A DNA stretch of 64,000 bases from an uncultured bacterium (GTDB taxonomy: Bacteria > Actinomycetota > Acidimicrobiia > Spongiisociales > UBA5794): NCBI GenBank assembly GCA_963801165.1, contig CAWDDT010000006.1:512001-576000 (forward strand). The letters run 5' to 3'. A model generated the notes under the pieces. The model was not told where the DNA came from. It made no database searches and saw only the letters and a list, made by a program, of their open reading frames with translations. Shown here piece after piece: positions 49,887 through 60,282 of the stretch. Each line of letters starts with the position of its first letter. The stretch's first letter is position 1. Both the position numbers and the translations under genes were made by a program.

Positions 49887-50782
49887 ATGCGCACTCCTCC
49901 CCACTTCATGACAGCATTGATAACCCCGTTCGACGAGAACGGGAACATCATCGTTGAGGCACATCACCACAACCTGCACCTGCAGACAAGCCGCGGGGTC
50001 ACCGGGTTCATTCTCGCAGGCTCGACCGGCGAAGGTCCGTACCTGGAGGCCGGCGAGCGGCACCTGCTGGCCGCCGAGGCCCGGCGGGAGTTGGGGCCGG
50101 CACCGTTCCTGATGTGTGGCGTTGCCGCCCAGTCTGTGCGCCAGGCTATGGGCCAGATCAAGGAGATCGCCGAAGCGGCGCCGATGCCGTTCTCGTGATG
50201 ACACCGACCACGCTCGCCAGGGGCAACCACGATGCAGTGCGACGCTTCTACGAGGCAATCGCCGAGTCCACCCCGCTACCGCTATTCCTGTACTCGGTGC
50301 CGGGCGTGACCGGCTACGACCTCCCCGCCGAGTACGCCGCCGAGCTGTCGGCCCACCCCAACATCGTCGGGCTGAAAGACAGCGCCGGGCGGGCCCTCCA
50401 CACCAAGCAGGTGGTGGAGGCATCGGTAGATGGGTTCCTCGTCTTCTCGGGGTCGAGCAGTGCCCTCACCCAGGCCATCGCAGGCGGTGCGGTTGGGGCG
50501 ATCACCGCCTCCGCCAACTACCTGCCGGAGCTCGTGTCGGCGGTCGTGAGAACCGCATGCGAATCGGTTTCCCGCGCCGAGCCGCTGCAGACCCAGCTCA
50601 CTACAGCCACCAAGGCCGTCGAGGCGTACGGAGTGGTGGGCACCAAGGCCGCGGCCGGTGCCGCCGGGCTGTGGACCGGCATCCCCCGCCGCCCGCTGCA
50701 AGCGGTGCCACGCACCGAGCTCGCCCGGGTGAATCAGATCGTCAGCGCCGCCAGGGAAAGCCTCGCCGAACTAGTGGCGTAG
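49887..50782 (+). pseudogene. Dihydrodipicolinate-synthase-family aldolase, frameshift near 50177
   Basis: TALITPF, GSTGE in one frame; GADAVLV, LYSVP, VGLKDS in the next; one missing G; may be a sequencing error. Confidence 0.8.
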
Positions 50783-50792
50783 GACCGCGGGT

Positions 50793-52643
50793 CTACCCGA
50801 CGAGAGCCCTCACCAGGAAGGCAGCCATCTGACCCCTGGTGACCGGAGCGTCGGGACAATACCGATCGTTCACAGGCGGATCGCATCCACGGGTAATTCC
50901 CGCATTGCCAAGAATGTCGATGTCCCCCTCGAACAGCGAACCGTCGTCATCGCTGAAGAGATCACCACCACCGGCGTCCGACAAACCCAAAGCACGAACC
51001 AGAAACGCAGCCATCTGACCCCTGGTAACCGGAGCGTCGGGACAATACCGATCGTTCACAGGCGGATCACATCCACGGGTAATTCCCGCATTGCCAAGAA
51101 TGTCGATGTCCCCCTCGAACAGCGAACCGTCGTCATCGCTGAAGAGATCACCACCACCGGCGTCCGACAAACCCAAAGCACGAACCAGAAACGCAGCCAT
51201 CTGACCCCTGGTAACCGCGTCGTCCGGGCAGAACCGGGTGTTGGCTTCGGCGGGGTTGCAGCCGCGGGTGATGGCCGCGGCGGCCAGCCATTCGATGTCG
51301 TTTTCGAAGATCGAGCCGTCGTCGTCGAGGAACCGTCCCGGGTCTGGCCTACCCGCGCATCCTCCCAGGTCGTAGATGTGGGCGGTGTACCTGGTGTCTT
51401 CGCGGTTGCCGGTAGTGACCCAGATGTAGTCGTCGTTTCCGTCGATTGCTTCGACTTCCGTTGATGTGTCAGCCGAGTAATCGAAGTGGTCGAGCAACAC
51501 CCCGGACAACGAGCGCAGATCGACGCTCTGACCGCTGGCTCCCACCAGCGCCAGCACCTTTCCTGCGGGCCGACCGGCGGGCCAGTTTCGGTACTCGAGC
51601 GTTTCCGAAGAGCCGAGCGGAGCGCCATCGAGTCGATATAGCCTGATCCGGCCGGTGGTCACCCCTTCCGGTGTCTCCGCCTCTGCGTCGATCCCGATGA
51701 GGTACCGACCGTGCTCCCATGCGAGCGCGTCCAATGGATCGACTGTGTCGTGGAGACCATCGAGCTCGGTGACTCCGCTGCCGTTTGGAGCCATCGCCAC
51801 GGCACGATTGGCAGAGTCGCCATGGACGTCGGCGGCGAATCCAAGGGCCGTGGCGCCCATCCGGACCGCCGAGCCACCCAGGTCGACCGTGGCGACCTCC
51901 TCGGCGGAGCTGGCGAGAACGTGCACTACCGTAGCTCCACTCTCAGTTCCCAGCGGAGCGCCTTCGGTTGCATACAGAAACCCGTTGCGCGAGGTGACGC
52001 CGGTAAACAGAGTGGACGCCGCCAGGACGGGCCCGGCATTGCCGTCCGTATCGAACGTCGCGATACCTCCGTCGAGCATCACCACATATACCGTGTCGTC
52101 GAGCACAGTGCCGAACTGGCCAAACCCGTTGGCGGCGGTTGTGAGCTCGGTGACGGTGCCGTCCTGCTTGACAAGCAGCACCCGTTCGAGGTGCGAGCCC
52201 ACATCACCCCAGTCGGCGACCAGGATGAGGCCGTCTTTATAGACGGCTTCGGCATGGACGGAAATCGGCAGATCAAACAAGTAAGCCCCGTCCGGGGAAT
52301 AGATCCTGGCGCCGGGGAACGTATCAACCACGACACCCCAGGTAGCGTTGTGCGTGTTGAGAATGTCATCGTTGAACTGAGGCACCTCGCCTCGCGGGGT
52401 GCCGTCGGGGGCTGGTCCGACGAGCGTCCCATCCGGCAGATACACCGATTGGCCGAACCATACGCGGTCACCCACGAATTCAGCTCTGGCGGACCGACCG
52501 TCGGTTCCGGTCTCGAGTTCACCGGCCAGCGTAGGCGCAACCGAGCAATCATCCTCGGAGATCACCGGCGCCGCGGCACTCGAGCCAGGAGGCAGCCACG
52601 CCACCAGAAGAAGAGCCACACCGACAATCGAGCGTTTCATCAC
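50793..52643 (-). CDS. Secreted beta-propeller-like protein with three SLH-type repeats
   Basis: Signal peptide; three repeats ending VTRGQMAAFLVRAL. Confidence 0.85.
   Translation of the reverse strand: MMKRSIVGVALLLVAWLPPGSSAAAPVISEDDCSVAPTLAGELETGTDGRSARAEFVGDRVWFGQSVYLPDGTLVGPAPDGTPRGEVPQFNDDILNTHNATWGVVVDTFPGARIYSPDGAYLFDLPISVHAEAVYKDGLILVADWGDVGSHLERVLLVKQDGTVTELTTAANGFGQFGTVLDDTVYVVMLDGGIATFDTDGNAGPVLAASTLFTGVTSRNGFLYATEGAPLGTESGATVVHVLASSAEEVATVDLGGSAVRMGATALGFAADVHGDSANRAVAMAPNGSGVTELDGLHDTVDPLDALAWEHGRYLIGIDAEAETPEGVTTGRIRLYRLDGAPLGSSETLEYRNWPAGRPAGKVLALVGASGQSVDLRSLSGVLLDHFDYSADTSTEVEAIDGNDDYIWVTTGNREDTRYTAHIYDLGGCAGRPDPGRFLDDDGSIFENDIEWLAAAAITRGCNPAEANTRFCPDDAVTRGQMAAFLVRALGLSDAGGGDLFSDDDGSLFEGDIDILGNAGITRGCDPPVNDRYCPDAPVTRGQMAAFLVRALGLSDAGGGDLFSDDDGSLFEGDIDILGNAGITRGCDPPVNDRYCPDAPVTRGQMAAFLVRALVG
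50821..51216. repeat. 186-bp near-identical tandem repeat encoding SLH units
   Basis: GCAGCCATCTGACCCCTGGT recurs at 50821, 51007 and 51193. Confidence 0.9.
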
Positions 52644-52998
52644 CGTCCCCTTCGCGTGCGTTGCCCAGCGAGACCGCCCCGTCGATTGTAAGCCGGAACA
52701 GCCAATACCTGTGAGGTCGGGTCAAAATCGGCGCCGGCGGGCATGGCCGAGCCATCGCACGAGTGTCGGGTTGGGCTTGGGCCTGCACCGGGCCCTGGGC
52801 GATGACTTTCGCAACGGAGCTCCTGTCCCGGCCTCTGGTCCGAGACCCTGCCGGCCAAGGTGGCATCGACATTCCGCGGTCGGTTGTGGTGGCTGCGAGG
52901 AAATCGTCCGTCTCGACCCCCTCACGGGCCTTCTTGCCGCCGCCACCTCGCAGCTACCCGAGTCGACCGACCGTGTCGAAAGGACTAGGTTCACGGCC

Positions 52999-54162
52999 AT
53001 GCATGTCGGCATACTCCATGAACACTCCCCGGGCGAGCATCGTGTGGCCGCAACGCCGCAGACCGTCGCCACTTATGTCAGCTGGGGCTGGCAGGTAAAC
53101 GTCGAAAGCGGTGCCGGTGATTCCGCCGGCTTCCCCGATCATCTCTACACCGAGGCAGGTGCCACCCTCGTGGACGGGCCAACGGCGCGCGGCGCCGACA
53201 TCGTCCTGTGTGTCAGCGCCCCTGCCGAGCTCACCGATCTCAAGTCGGGTGCGATCCTCGTCGGGTTCCTCGATCCGTTTGTCGACTCCAACCTGGTCGC
53301 CGCGTTGCGCGACCAGGGGATCACGGCACTTGCGGTCGAGGCGATTCCCCGCACCACCCTGGCACAGGGCATGGACGCGTTGTCCTCGCAAGCCAACATC
53401 GGCGGTTACGCCGCGGCGCTCCTCGCCGCGAACGCGTCGCCGAAGATGCTCCCGATGATGGTCACCGCGGCCGGGACGATCCCCCCGTCACGGGCCCTGA
53501 TTCTCGGTGTCGGTGTCGCCGGTCTCCAGGCCATCGCCACTGCCAAGCGGCTCGGTGCCGTAGTCCACGCTTACGACATCCGCCCGGAGACCGCCGAGCA
53601 GGTCGAGAGTCTAGGTGCCAGGTTCGTCGCCGCTCCGACCCAGGAGATGGATGAAGGCGGCTACGCCAAGGAGGTCGGCACGGACACACAGGCTCAGCAA
53701 CACGCCGCGCTGGCGCCGCACGTGGCCGAGGCCGACATCCTGATCACGACCGCGCAGATCCCGGGTCGGCCCGCACCGCTGCTCGTCACCGACGAGATGG
53801 TGGCGCTGATGCAGCCCGGGTCGGTGATCGTAGACATGGCCGCCGGTTCCGGTGGCAACGTCGCCCCGTCCCGTCCCGACGAGATGGTCAACGTCAACGG
53901 CGTCCATATCTACGGCCCCACCAACTTGCCGGCGACGATCCCCCACGATGCGAGCCGTATGTACGCCAGGAACATCGTGAACCTGCTGGAGCGGGTCAAA
54001 TCCGACGAGGGAGCTGCCATCGATTTCGACGACGAGATCGTCGGCGGGACCACGATCACCCACAATGGCGAGGTACACCATCCCCTCAGCAGGGCGCTGC
54101 TCGGGCTGAACGACGAGATCCAGCCACAGGTCGCCCAACCAGAGCAAGGAGGCACCGAATGA
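52999..54162 (+). CDS. pntA: NAD(P) transhydrogenase alpha subunit, domain I
   Basis: EHRVAATP, DALSSQANIGGY, GVGVAGLQAI, TTAQIPGRPAP. Confidence 0.93.
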   Translation: MHVGILHEHSPGEHRVAATPQTVATYVSWGWQVNVESGAGDSAGFPDHLYTEAGATLVDGPTARGADIVLCVSAPAELTDLKSGAILVGFLDPFVDSNLVAALRDQGITALAVEAIPRTTLAQGMDALSSQANIGGYAAALLAANASPKMLPMMVTAAGTIPPSRALILGVGVAGLQAIATAKRLGAVVHAYDIRPETAEQVESLGARFVAAPTQEMDEGGYAKEVGTDTQAQQHAALAPHVAEADILITTAQIPGRPAPLLVTDEMVALMQPGSVIVDMAAGSGGNVAPSRPDEMVNVNGVHIYGPTNLPATIPHDASRMYARNIVNLLERVKSDEGAAIDFDDEIVGGTTITHNGEVHHPLSRALLGLNDEIQPQVAQPEQGGTE

Positions 54163-54455
54163 GCGCCGCCTTCGTCAGCGGCATCGTGGTGTTCGTGCTG
54201 GCGTCATTCGTCGGGTTCGAGGTCATCTCGAAAGTGCCGCCGACGCTGCACACACCGCTGATGTCCGGAGCCAATGCCATTTCCGGCATCACCATCGTCG
54301 GTGCACTCATCGCAGCCGGCGTCGGAAAGGGCAGCTTCGCAGCCATTCTCGGCTTCCTGGCCGTCGCCTCGGCGACGATCAACGTCGTAGGTGGTTTCCT
54401 GGTCACCGACCGGATGCTCGAGATGTTCAAGCGCAAGCCGCGGAGTCGGTCATGA
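54159..54455 (+). CDS. NAD(P) transhydrogenase alpha subunit, membrane part
   Basis: LHTPLMSGANAISG, NVVGGFLVTDRMLEMF. Confidence 0.93.
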   Translation: MSAAFVSGIVVFVLASFVGFEVISKVPPTLHTPLMSGANAISGITIVGALIAAGVGKGSFAAILGFLAVASATINVVGGFLVTDRMLEMFKRKPRSRS

Positions 54456-55858
54456 GCGGTCTGTTCCTGCTTGCCCAGGCCGAGTCGAATGAGGGAAGCG
54501 TCACGCTCCTCCTCTATCTCCTTGCGGCAGTCCTGTTCATCATCGGCTTGAAACAGCTGGCCTCGCCACGCACCGCACGGCGCGGCAACATGCTGGCGGG
54601 CGTCGGCATGCTGATCGCGATTGTCGTGACGCTGGTTGAAAATGACATCGCCAATTGGGGGACGGTCGTCGCCGGCCTCCTCGTCGGCAGCGCCGTTGGG
54701 GCGTATCTCGCATTGCGGGTCAACATGACGGCGATGCCGGAGCTGGTCGCCGCGTTCAACGGCTTCGGTGGCGTCGCCTCGGCCTTGGTCGCTCTCGCCG
54801 AGATCGAGCGGACAGGCTCCCACTTCAACGTGGAAACCGGTGTCGTCGTGGCGCTGTCCCTCGCAGTCGGGTCGATCACCTTCTCGGGCAGCTTCGTCGC
54901 ATTCGGCAAGCTCAACGGCTCGCTCCCGGGCAGACCGGTGTCGCTTCCCGGTGGGAAGTTGCTCAACGCGGTACTGGCAGCCGCGGCCATCGCGAGCAGC
55001 ATCTGGGCTATTGCTGCCGACAATGCTCTCGCCTTTTGGCTGGTCGTAGCCATCACCCTCGTTCTCGGCGTGCTGGCGGTCATCCCGATTGGTGGCGCCG
55101 ACATGCCCGTCGTCATCTCGCTGCTCAACTCGTTCTCGGGTGTTGCGGCTGCCATGGCGGGCTTCGTCATCGGGAACTCGGCGTTGATCATCGGTGGTGC
55201 CCTCGTCGGGGCCGCCGGGTTGATCCTCACCCTGCAGATGGCCGAAGCCATGAACCGAACGATCGCCAATGTGTTGTTCTCGGGGTTCGGTGCCGTGTCT
55301 GCCGGGCCGGTGACAACGGGCGACAAACCCGTCAAGCGGGCTACACCCGATGACGTCGCCATCGCTCTGGCGTATGCCGAGAACGTGATCGTCGTCCCGG
55401 GATACGGTCTCGCCGTTGCCCAGGCGCAGCACGCGGTCCGGGAACTGGCGAACCTTCTCGAGGACAGAGGCGTCAACGTTGAATACGCCATCCATCCTGT
55501 GGCGGGCCGCATGCCGGGCCACATGAACGTGCTGCTCGCCGAGGCCGACGTGCCGTACGAGCAGCTGCTCGACCTTGACCAGTCGAACCCCCGGTTCCCG
55601 CACACCGACGTGGCCCTGGTCATCGGCGCCAACGACGTGGTGAACCCGTCCGCTCGTGACGACGAGACCAGCCCGATCTACGGGATGCCGATCCTCGAGG
55701 TCGATCACGCCACTACCGTCGTCGTAATAAAGCGGAGCCTCTCCCCCGGTTTCGCCGGGATCGACAATCCGCTGTTCTACATGGACGGGACGATGATGCT
55801 CTTTGCCGACGGCAAGGAAGCCGTCCAGTCGGTGATCGACGCCATGGCCGACGTCTGA
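54452..55858 (+). CDS. pntB: NAD(P) transhydrogenase beta subunit
   Basis: IGGADMPVVISLLNS, PGYGLAVAQAQ, HPVAGRMPGHMNVLLAEA. Confidence 0.96.
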   Translation: MSGLFLLAQAESNEGSVTLLLYLLAAVLFIIGLKQLASPRTARRGNMLAGVGMLIAIVVTLVENDIANWGTVVAGLLVGSAVGAYLALRVNMTAMPELVAAFNGFGGVASALVALAEIERTGSHFNVETGVVVALSLAVGSITFSGSFVAFGKLNGSLPGRPVSLPGGKLLNAVLAAAAIASSIWAIAADNALAFWLVVAITLVLGVLAVIPIGGADMPVVISLLNSFSGVAAAMAGFVIGNSALIIGGALVGAAGLILTLQMAEAMNRTIANVLFSGFGAVSAGPVTTGDKPVKRATPDDVAIALAYAENVIVVPGYGLAVAQAQHAVRELANLLEDRGVNVEYAIHPVAGRMPGHMNVLLAEADVPYEQLLDLDQSNPRFPHTDVALVIGANDVVNPSARDDETSPIYGMPILEVDHATTVVVIKRSLSPGFAGIDNPLFYMDGTMMLFADGKEAVQSVIDAMADV

Positions 55859-55940
55859 GCGGGCTCCGGGCCGGGGCGTCTCCCAAGATGGGGCCCCGGC
55901 GGGGTTAGCATCTGGAGCCACTTCGACGTTGGGTGTGGTG

Positions 55941-56831
55941 ATGCTGGAGATAAACGAGCTGCGCAAGCAATACGGCGACGTCGTCGCGCTCGACGGCTGC
56001 TCGTTCCAGGTCCGGCGTGGCCAGTTGCTCGGCTTTCTCGGTCCCAACGGCTCCGGGAAGACAACGACGATGCGCTCGGTGTTCTCGCTGGTCCGTCCAG
56101 ACTCAGGAACGGTGCGCTGGCAAGGGGCCCCGATCGATGCGCCCATCCGGCTCCGATTCGGCTACATGCCCGAGCAGCGCGGGCTGTATCCCCGCATGAA
56201 GGTCGCCACCCAGCTCGTCTATTTCGCCAGGCTCCACGGCATGGAGAAGACGGCGGCGACCCGGGCCGCGCAGCATTGGCTCGAGCGTCTTGGTCTCGCC
56301 GACCGTGCCGCCAGCCGGCTGGAACAGTTGTCACATGGCAACCAGCAACGCATCCAGCTGGCCGCGGCGCTGATCCACGATCCGGAGCTATTGATTCTCG
56401 ATGAGCCGTTCTCAGGGCTCGACCCGATCGGTGTCGAGGACATGATGGGGATACTGGTTGAACGAGCCGGACAGGGCACCGCAGTCGTCTTCTCCAGCCA
56501 TCAACTCGACCTGGTCGAGGACTTGTGCGAGGACGTTGTCATCATCTCAGCCGGGAAGGTCGTGTTGGCGGGGCCGATACGTGAGCTCAGAGCCCGCTCC
56601 TCGCATCGCTATCTCGAGGTCGAAATCGCCACTAACACCGGCAACCTCGGTCGGGCCTTCCCCGGGTATGAGGTCATCAGCTCACACGACGGCCGCATCC
56701 GTCTCCGGGTCGACGACCAGACACCGCTCGAACCGCTCGTCCGCAGCGCCGCTGCGCTGGGACGGGTGCGCCAATTCTCGTACACGCCTCCAAACCTGAG
56801 CGAGGTGTTCCGGGAGGTGGTCGATCAATGA
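55941..56831 (+). CDS. ABC-2 type transporter ATP-binding protein
   Basis: GPNGSGKT, LSHGNQQ, ILDEPFSGLD. Confidence 0.92.
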   Translation: MLEINELRKQYGDVVALDGCSFQVRRGQLLGFLGPNGSGKTTTMRSVFSLVRPDSGTVRWQGAPIDAPIRLRFGYMPEQRGLYPRMKVATQLVYFARLHGMEKTAATRAAQHWLERLGLADRAASRLEQLSHGNQQRIQLAAALIHDPELLILDEPFSGLDPIGVEDMMGILVERAGQGTAVVFSSHQLDLVEDLCEDVVIISAGKVVLAGPIRELRARSSHRYLEVEIATNTGNLGRAFPGYEVISSHDGRIRLRVDDQTPLEPLVRSAAALGRVRQFSYTPPNLSEVFREVVDQ

Positions 56832-58006
56832 GCCCGCTCCGTTCGATACTCCTCGTCGCCGCCCGCGACTTCAAGGAACGGGTGACGAGCCGGGCCTTCC
56901 AGCTGTCGACGGGGATAACGATCCTGTTCGTGGCCGCATGGATCGTCGTTCCCGCCATCTTCTTCGACAACAAACCTGACACATGGACAATCGGCATCAT
57001 CGGTGAGGAGCCCACCGGTTTCACCGCCGCAGTGGAGACAGCGTCGGGTCACGCCGCCATCGTGACCACGACCCCCTACGACTCGCGGGATGCTGCCGAG
57101 ACCGCACTGGACGACGGCGATATCGCAATGGCCGTCGACTCTTCCGGAACGGTGCTGGTCGATAACGGCACGAGTGATCAGATGCGGGCGGCTGTCGTAA
57201 CCGGCCTGGCGACGATCTCGATCTCTCAACGTGCAGACGAGCTCGGTATCGAGGTGACCGACCTCGCCGATCTCGTCACCGGTGGCTACCACGTCGAGTC
57301 CGTGGCCCCGGCGGGCGAGGCGGACACGGAACGGGGGCGTATCTTTGCGTTCTTCGTGACCGTCGTGCTCTTCATGTCGATCGTGACCTACGGCTCGTGG
57401 ATCCTCATCGGGGTGATCGAGGAGAAGACGAGCCGGGTTGTCGAGGTGGTGCTGGGGACACTCCGCCCGCATCAGCTCCTGGCGGGGAAGGTGCTGGGCA
57501 TCGGTGTGCTCGGCATCGCCCAGGTGCTGGCGATCGGGGTCGTCGCCATGAGCCTGTTGCCGCTCCAGCACGCATTCCAGATCCCGTCGGCCGCCGGTTC
57601 CGTGCTGTTCTGGGCATTCACCTGGTATCTGCTCGGCTTCGCCTTCTATTCCGTCGCTTACGCCGCCGCCGGTTCGCTCGTCTCCCGTCAGGAGGAGGCG
57701 CAGAACGCCGCCTTCCCGCTCACAATGATGTTGATGGCGGCCTACTTCATCGCCTCGTTCTCGATAACAGGAGATAATCCGGTGCTTAGGATTGCGTCGC
57801 TTCTTCCGATGTTTGCGCCAATGACAATGCCGCTTCGGGTTGCCGGTGGCGATGTGGCGGTGTGGGAAATGGCTCTGTCGCTTTCGCTGATGGTTATCTC
57901 GGTCTACGGTCTGATGCGGTTCGCCGGCCGGGTCTACTCGGGTGGCGTGCTCCAGGGCGTGGGACGTGTCAAGTGGAAAGAGGCGTTCCGCGCCTCACGG
58001 ACCTAA
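56828..58006 (+). CDS. ABC-2 type permease (NatB/YhaP-like)
   Basis: EEKTSRVVEV, LLAGKVLG; multiple TMs. Confidence 0.9.
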   Translation: MSPLRSILLVAARDFKERVTSRAFQLSTGITILFVAAWIVVPAIFFDNKPDTWTIGIIGEEPTGFTAAVETASGHAAIVTTTPYDSRDAAETALDDGDIAMAVDSSGTVLVDNGTSDQMRAAVVTGLATISISQRADELGIEVTDLADLVTGGYHVESVAPAGEADTERGRIFAFFVTVVLFMSIVTYGSWILIGVIEEKTSRVVEVVLGTLRPHQLLAGKVLGIGVLGIAQVLAIGVVAMSLLPLQHAFQIPSAAGSVLFWAFTWYLLGFAFYSVAYAAAGSLVSRQEEAQNAAFPLTMMLMAAYFIASFSITGDNPVLRIASLLPMFAPMTMPLRVAGGDVAVWEMALSLSLMVISVYGLMRFAGRVYSGGVLQGVGRVKWKEAFRASRT

Positions 58007-58048
58007 TCGAGAAAACCAAAAAGACCGAGCGATCGAACAAGAGGACCA

Positions 58049-59200
58049 ATGAAGCTCTCTATCACCACCAGAGCACCGTACGACCCACCGGTCGAGTTCG
58101 TCGAGCGCAAGGGAACCGGTCACCCGGATACGATCTGTGACCATCTCGCCGAGGAGCTCGCCCGGGAACTGGCCACCGAGTACATCGCCCATACCGGCGT
58201 CGTTCAGCACTTCAATGTGGACAAGGCCATCCTGGCGGCGGGTGCCGTCGACATCGGCTTTGGCGGCGGCAAGCATATACGCCCCTCCCGGTTGGTGCTG
58301 GTCGGCAAGGCGGACTCGCTCAAGGAATGGCGACCCGACCCGGAAGATCTTGCGGTCCGCTACAAGGCGAAGTTGCTCGAGCTGCTCCCCGACGCCACCC
58401 CCGAGGCATTCGACTTCGAGATCTGGCTCAACCAGTCATCCGTCGATCTGGCGACCGTCGTCAATCGCCGCGACGGCGACGTTCCGCTCGCCAACGACAC
58501 GTCGTTTGCTGCCGTATCGCTGCCCCGATCCCCGCTCGAGGCGGCCGTCCACGCCGTCGAGCAGCGTCTCAACAGCGACGAGTTCCGCAGCGTGCACCCG
58601 GTGGGCCGGGACATCAAGGTCATGGGCGCCCGCAGCAACGAGTCGACGCATGTCACGGTCGCCTGCCCGGTGGTGGCCACCCGGGTCGAGGGCTGGGCCG
58701 ACTACAACGCCACGCTCGATGCCGTCCACGACGAAGTCTCCGCAATTGCCCGACCCTTCCTCGGAGACGACGTCGTTGTCAAGGTGAACCAGGCCGACCA
58801 GGTCGACAGCCCGTACCTCACGCTCACAGGTACCTCCGCAGAGGCCGGTGACGATGGTCAGGTGGGGAGGGGCAACCGCTTCGGTGGCCTCATCACGCCC
58901 TACCGTCCGATGAGCCTGGAAGCGACCGCCGGGAAGAACCCGTTCGCCCACGTCGGCAAGACGTATCACGCGTTTGCCGCCGACATGACCGAGCGGCTTC
59001 ACGACGAGACGGGCGTCTCCGAGTCGACGATCCGGCTTCTGAGCTCGATCGGGCGACCGGTGTCCGATCCGGAGGTGGTTCACATCGAGAAGGCCGGCGA
59101 TGCGGACCCGGCAGACATCGAGGGAATCGCCAAGGAGTGCCTCGCCGATTGGAAGGGCGTGCGAGACCGCTTGATCGCCGGCTACTACGAACTGTATTAG
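58049..59200 (+). CDS. Archaeal-type methionine adenosyltransferase
   Basis: VEFVERKGTGHPDTICD, ANDTS, GTSAEAGDDGQVGRGNR, AGKNPFAHVGKTY. Confidence 0.88.
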   Translation: MKLSITTRAPYDPPVEFVERKGTGHPDTICDHLAEELARELATEYIAHTGVVQHFNVDKAILAAGAVDIGFGGGKHIRPSRLVLVGKADSLKEWRPDPEDLAVRYKAKLLELLPDATPEAFDFEIWLNQSSVDLATVVNRRDGDVPLANDTSFAAVSLPRSPLEAAVHAVEQRLNSDEFRSVHPVGRDIKVMGARSNESTHVTVACPVVATRVEGWADYNATLDAVHDEVSAIARPFLGDDVVVKVNQADQVDSPYLTLTGTSAEAGDDGQVGRGNRFGGLITPYRPMSLEATAGKNPFAHVGKTYHAFAADMTERLHDETGVSESTIRLLSSIGRPVSDPEVVHIEKAGDADPADIEGIAKECLADWKGVRDRLIAGYYELY

Positions 59201-59260
59201 TCCGCGGCGCCGGGTTCCGGGCCCTACCCCATCCCCTCACGTCCCGAAGCAACGCGCGTG

Positions 59261-60166
59261 TCAGTCTCTCTCGAGGGTCGTCATGACGCTCTGGGCTGAT
59301 TTCGGGCCGTAGCGGGGGGCGTGGACACCGGATAGCTTGATCAGCACGATCGCCCTACGACGGTTAGGACGGTACACCTCGAGCAGTTCCTCCATGCGGG
59401 CGTCGGTGGCGCGTGGCTCGCGAGCCAGCGCCCAGGCGACGGTGTTGGGCAGGTGGAAGTCGCCAAGCGGCACGGCGTCGCGATCGCCCCAGGCGCTCCC
59501 CATGACCCGGGCCGCCGTCCACGGCCCGATGCCGGGTACCGCTTCGAGACGGGCACGGGCGGCCTCCCGATCCATGGTCGTGATCTCCTCGAGCCGGGAT
59601 GCGCAGCGGGCGGCCTCTCGGATCACCCGGGCCCGGTTTTGTTCGATACCGAGGCGGTGGAAGTCGGCGTGATCGAGCCGAAGCACCGCGTCGGGCAACG
59701 GCGGCAGTACGAGACCCGAGTCTCCGGGCGCCGGCTCCCCGGCGAATCGGGCCAATCGCCTGTAGCTGCGGCGGGCCTCATCGGTGGTGACCCGTTGCCC
59801 GATGATCGCAGACAGCACAGCATCAAACACCCGGCCGGAAGCACCAAGCCGGAGACCCCGATGGCGCAGGTGCATCTCACGGACCAAGCCGGTTCGCGGA
59901 TCGAACCGGGAGGGATCGTCGTCGAGCCCAACGGTTTGGGGCACGGCGGCAAGCTCGGCGACAGCCCCCGGACCGATAGCAGCGGCGCGCAGATAACCGC
60001 TCTCGAACTCGAGCGAGACGGTGACGGGCCCCTCTTCGGTCCACGCTGCATACGAGACCTGGTCGGGCCCAATCTCGCGCAGAGCGGGCCCGCTCGGTGC
60101 GGTCATGCGCAGACTCGTCGCCAGGTGCAGAGCACCCGCTACTTTCCACGTCTCCTCGTAGATCAT
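59261..60166 (-). CDS. AlkA-like DNA-3-methyladenine glycosylase (HhH-GPD)
   Basis: AIIGQRVT, VPGIGPWTA, DAVPLGDFHL; start inferred. Confidence 0.85.
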   Translation of the reverse strand: MIYEETWKVAGALHLATSLRMTAPSGPALREIGPDQVSYAAWTEEGPVTVSLEFESGYLRAAAIGPGAVAELAAVPQTVGLDDDPSRFDPRTGLVREMHLRHRGLRLGASGRVFDAVLSAIIGQRVTTDEARRSYRRLARFAGEPAPGDSGLVLPPLPDAVLRLDHADFHRLGIEQNRARVIREAARCASRLEEITTMDREAARARLEAVPGIGPWTAARVMGSAWGDRDAVPLGDFHLPNTVAWALAREPRATDARMEELLEVYRPNRRRAIVLIKLSGVHAPRYGPKSAQSVMTTLERD

Positions 60167-60282
60167 TGGCCATACCCTATCCGGCATCGAGGTAGGGCCG
60201 GGCGGTGCTATTTTCGGTGCATCCCGGCGCAGGATGTGCCGATGGCAAACCGATCCGACAACCCGCCAGGAGTGAGCGCACC

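Noticed and set aside
52650-52990. Riboswitch or small gene upstream of pntA; 587-aa extended PntA
   Set aside because: No recognisable riboswitch consensus by eye; PntA homology starts at 52999, which has its own -10 element.
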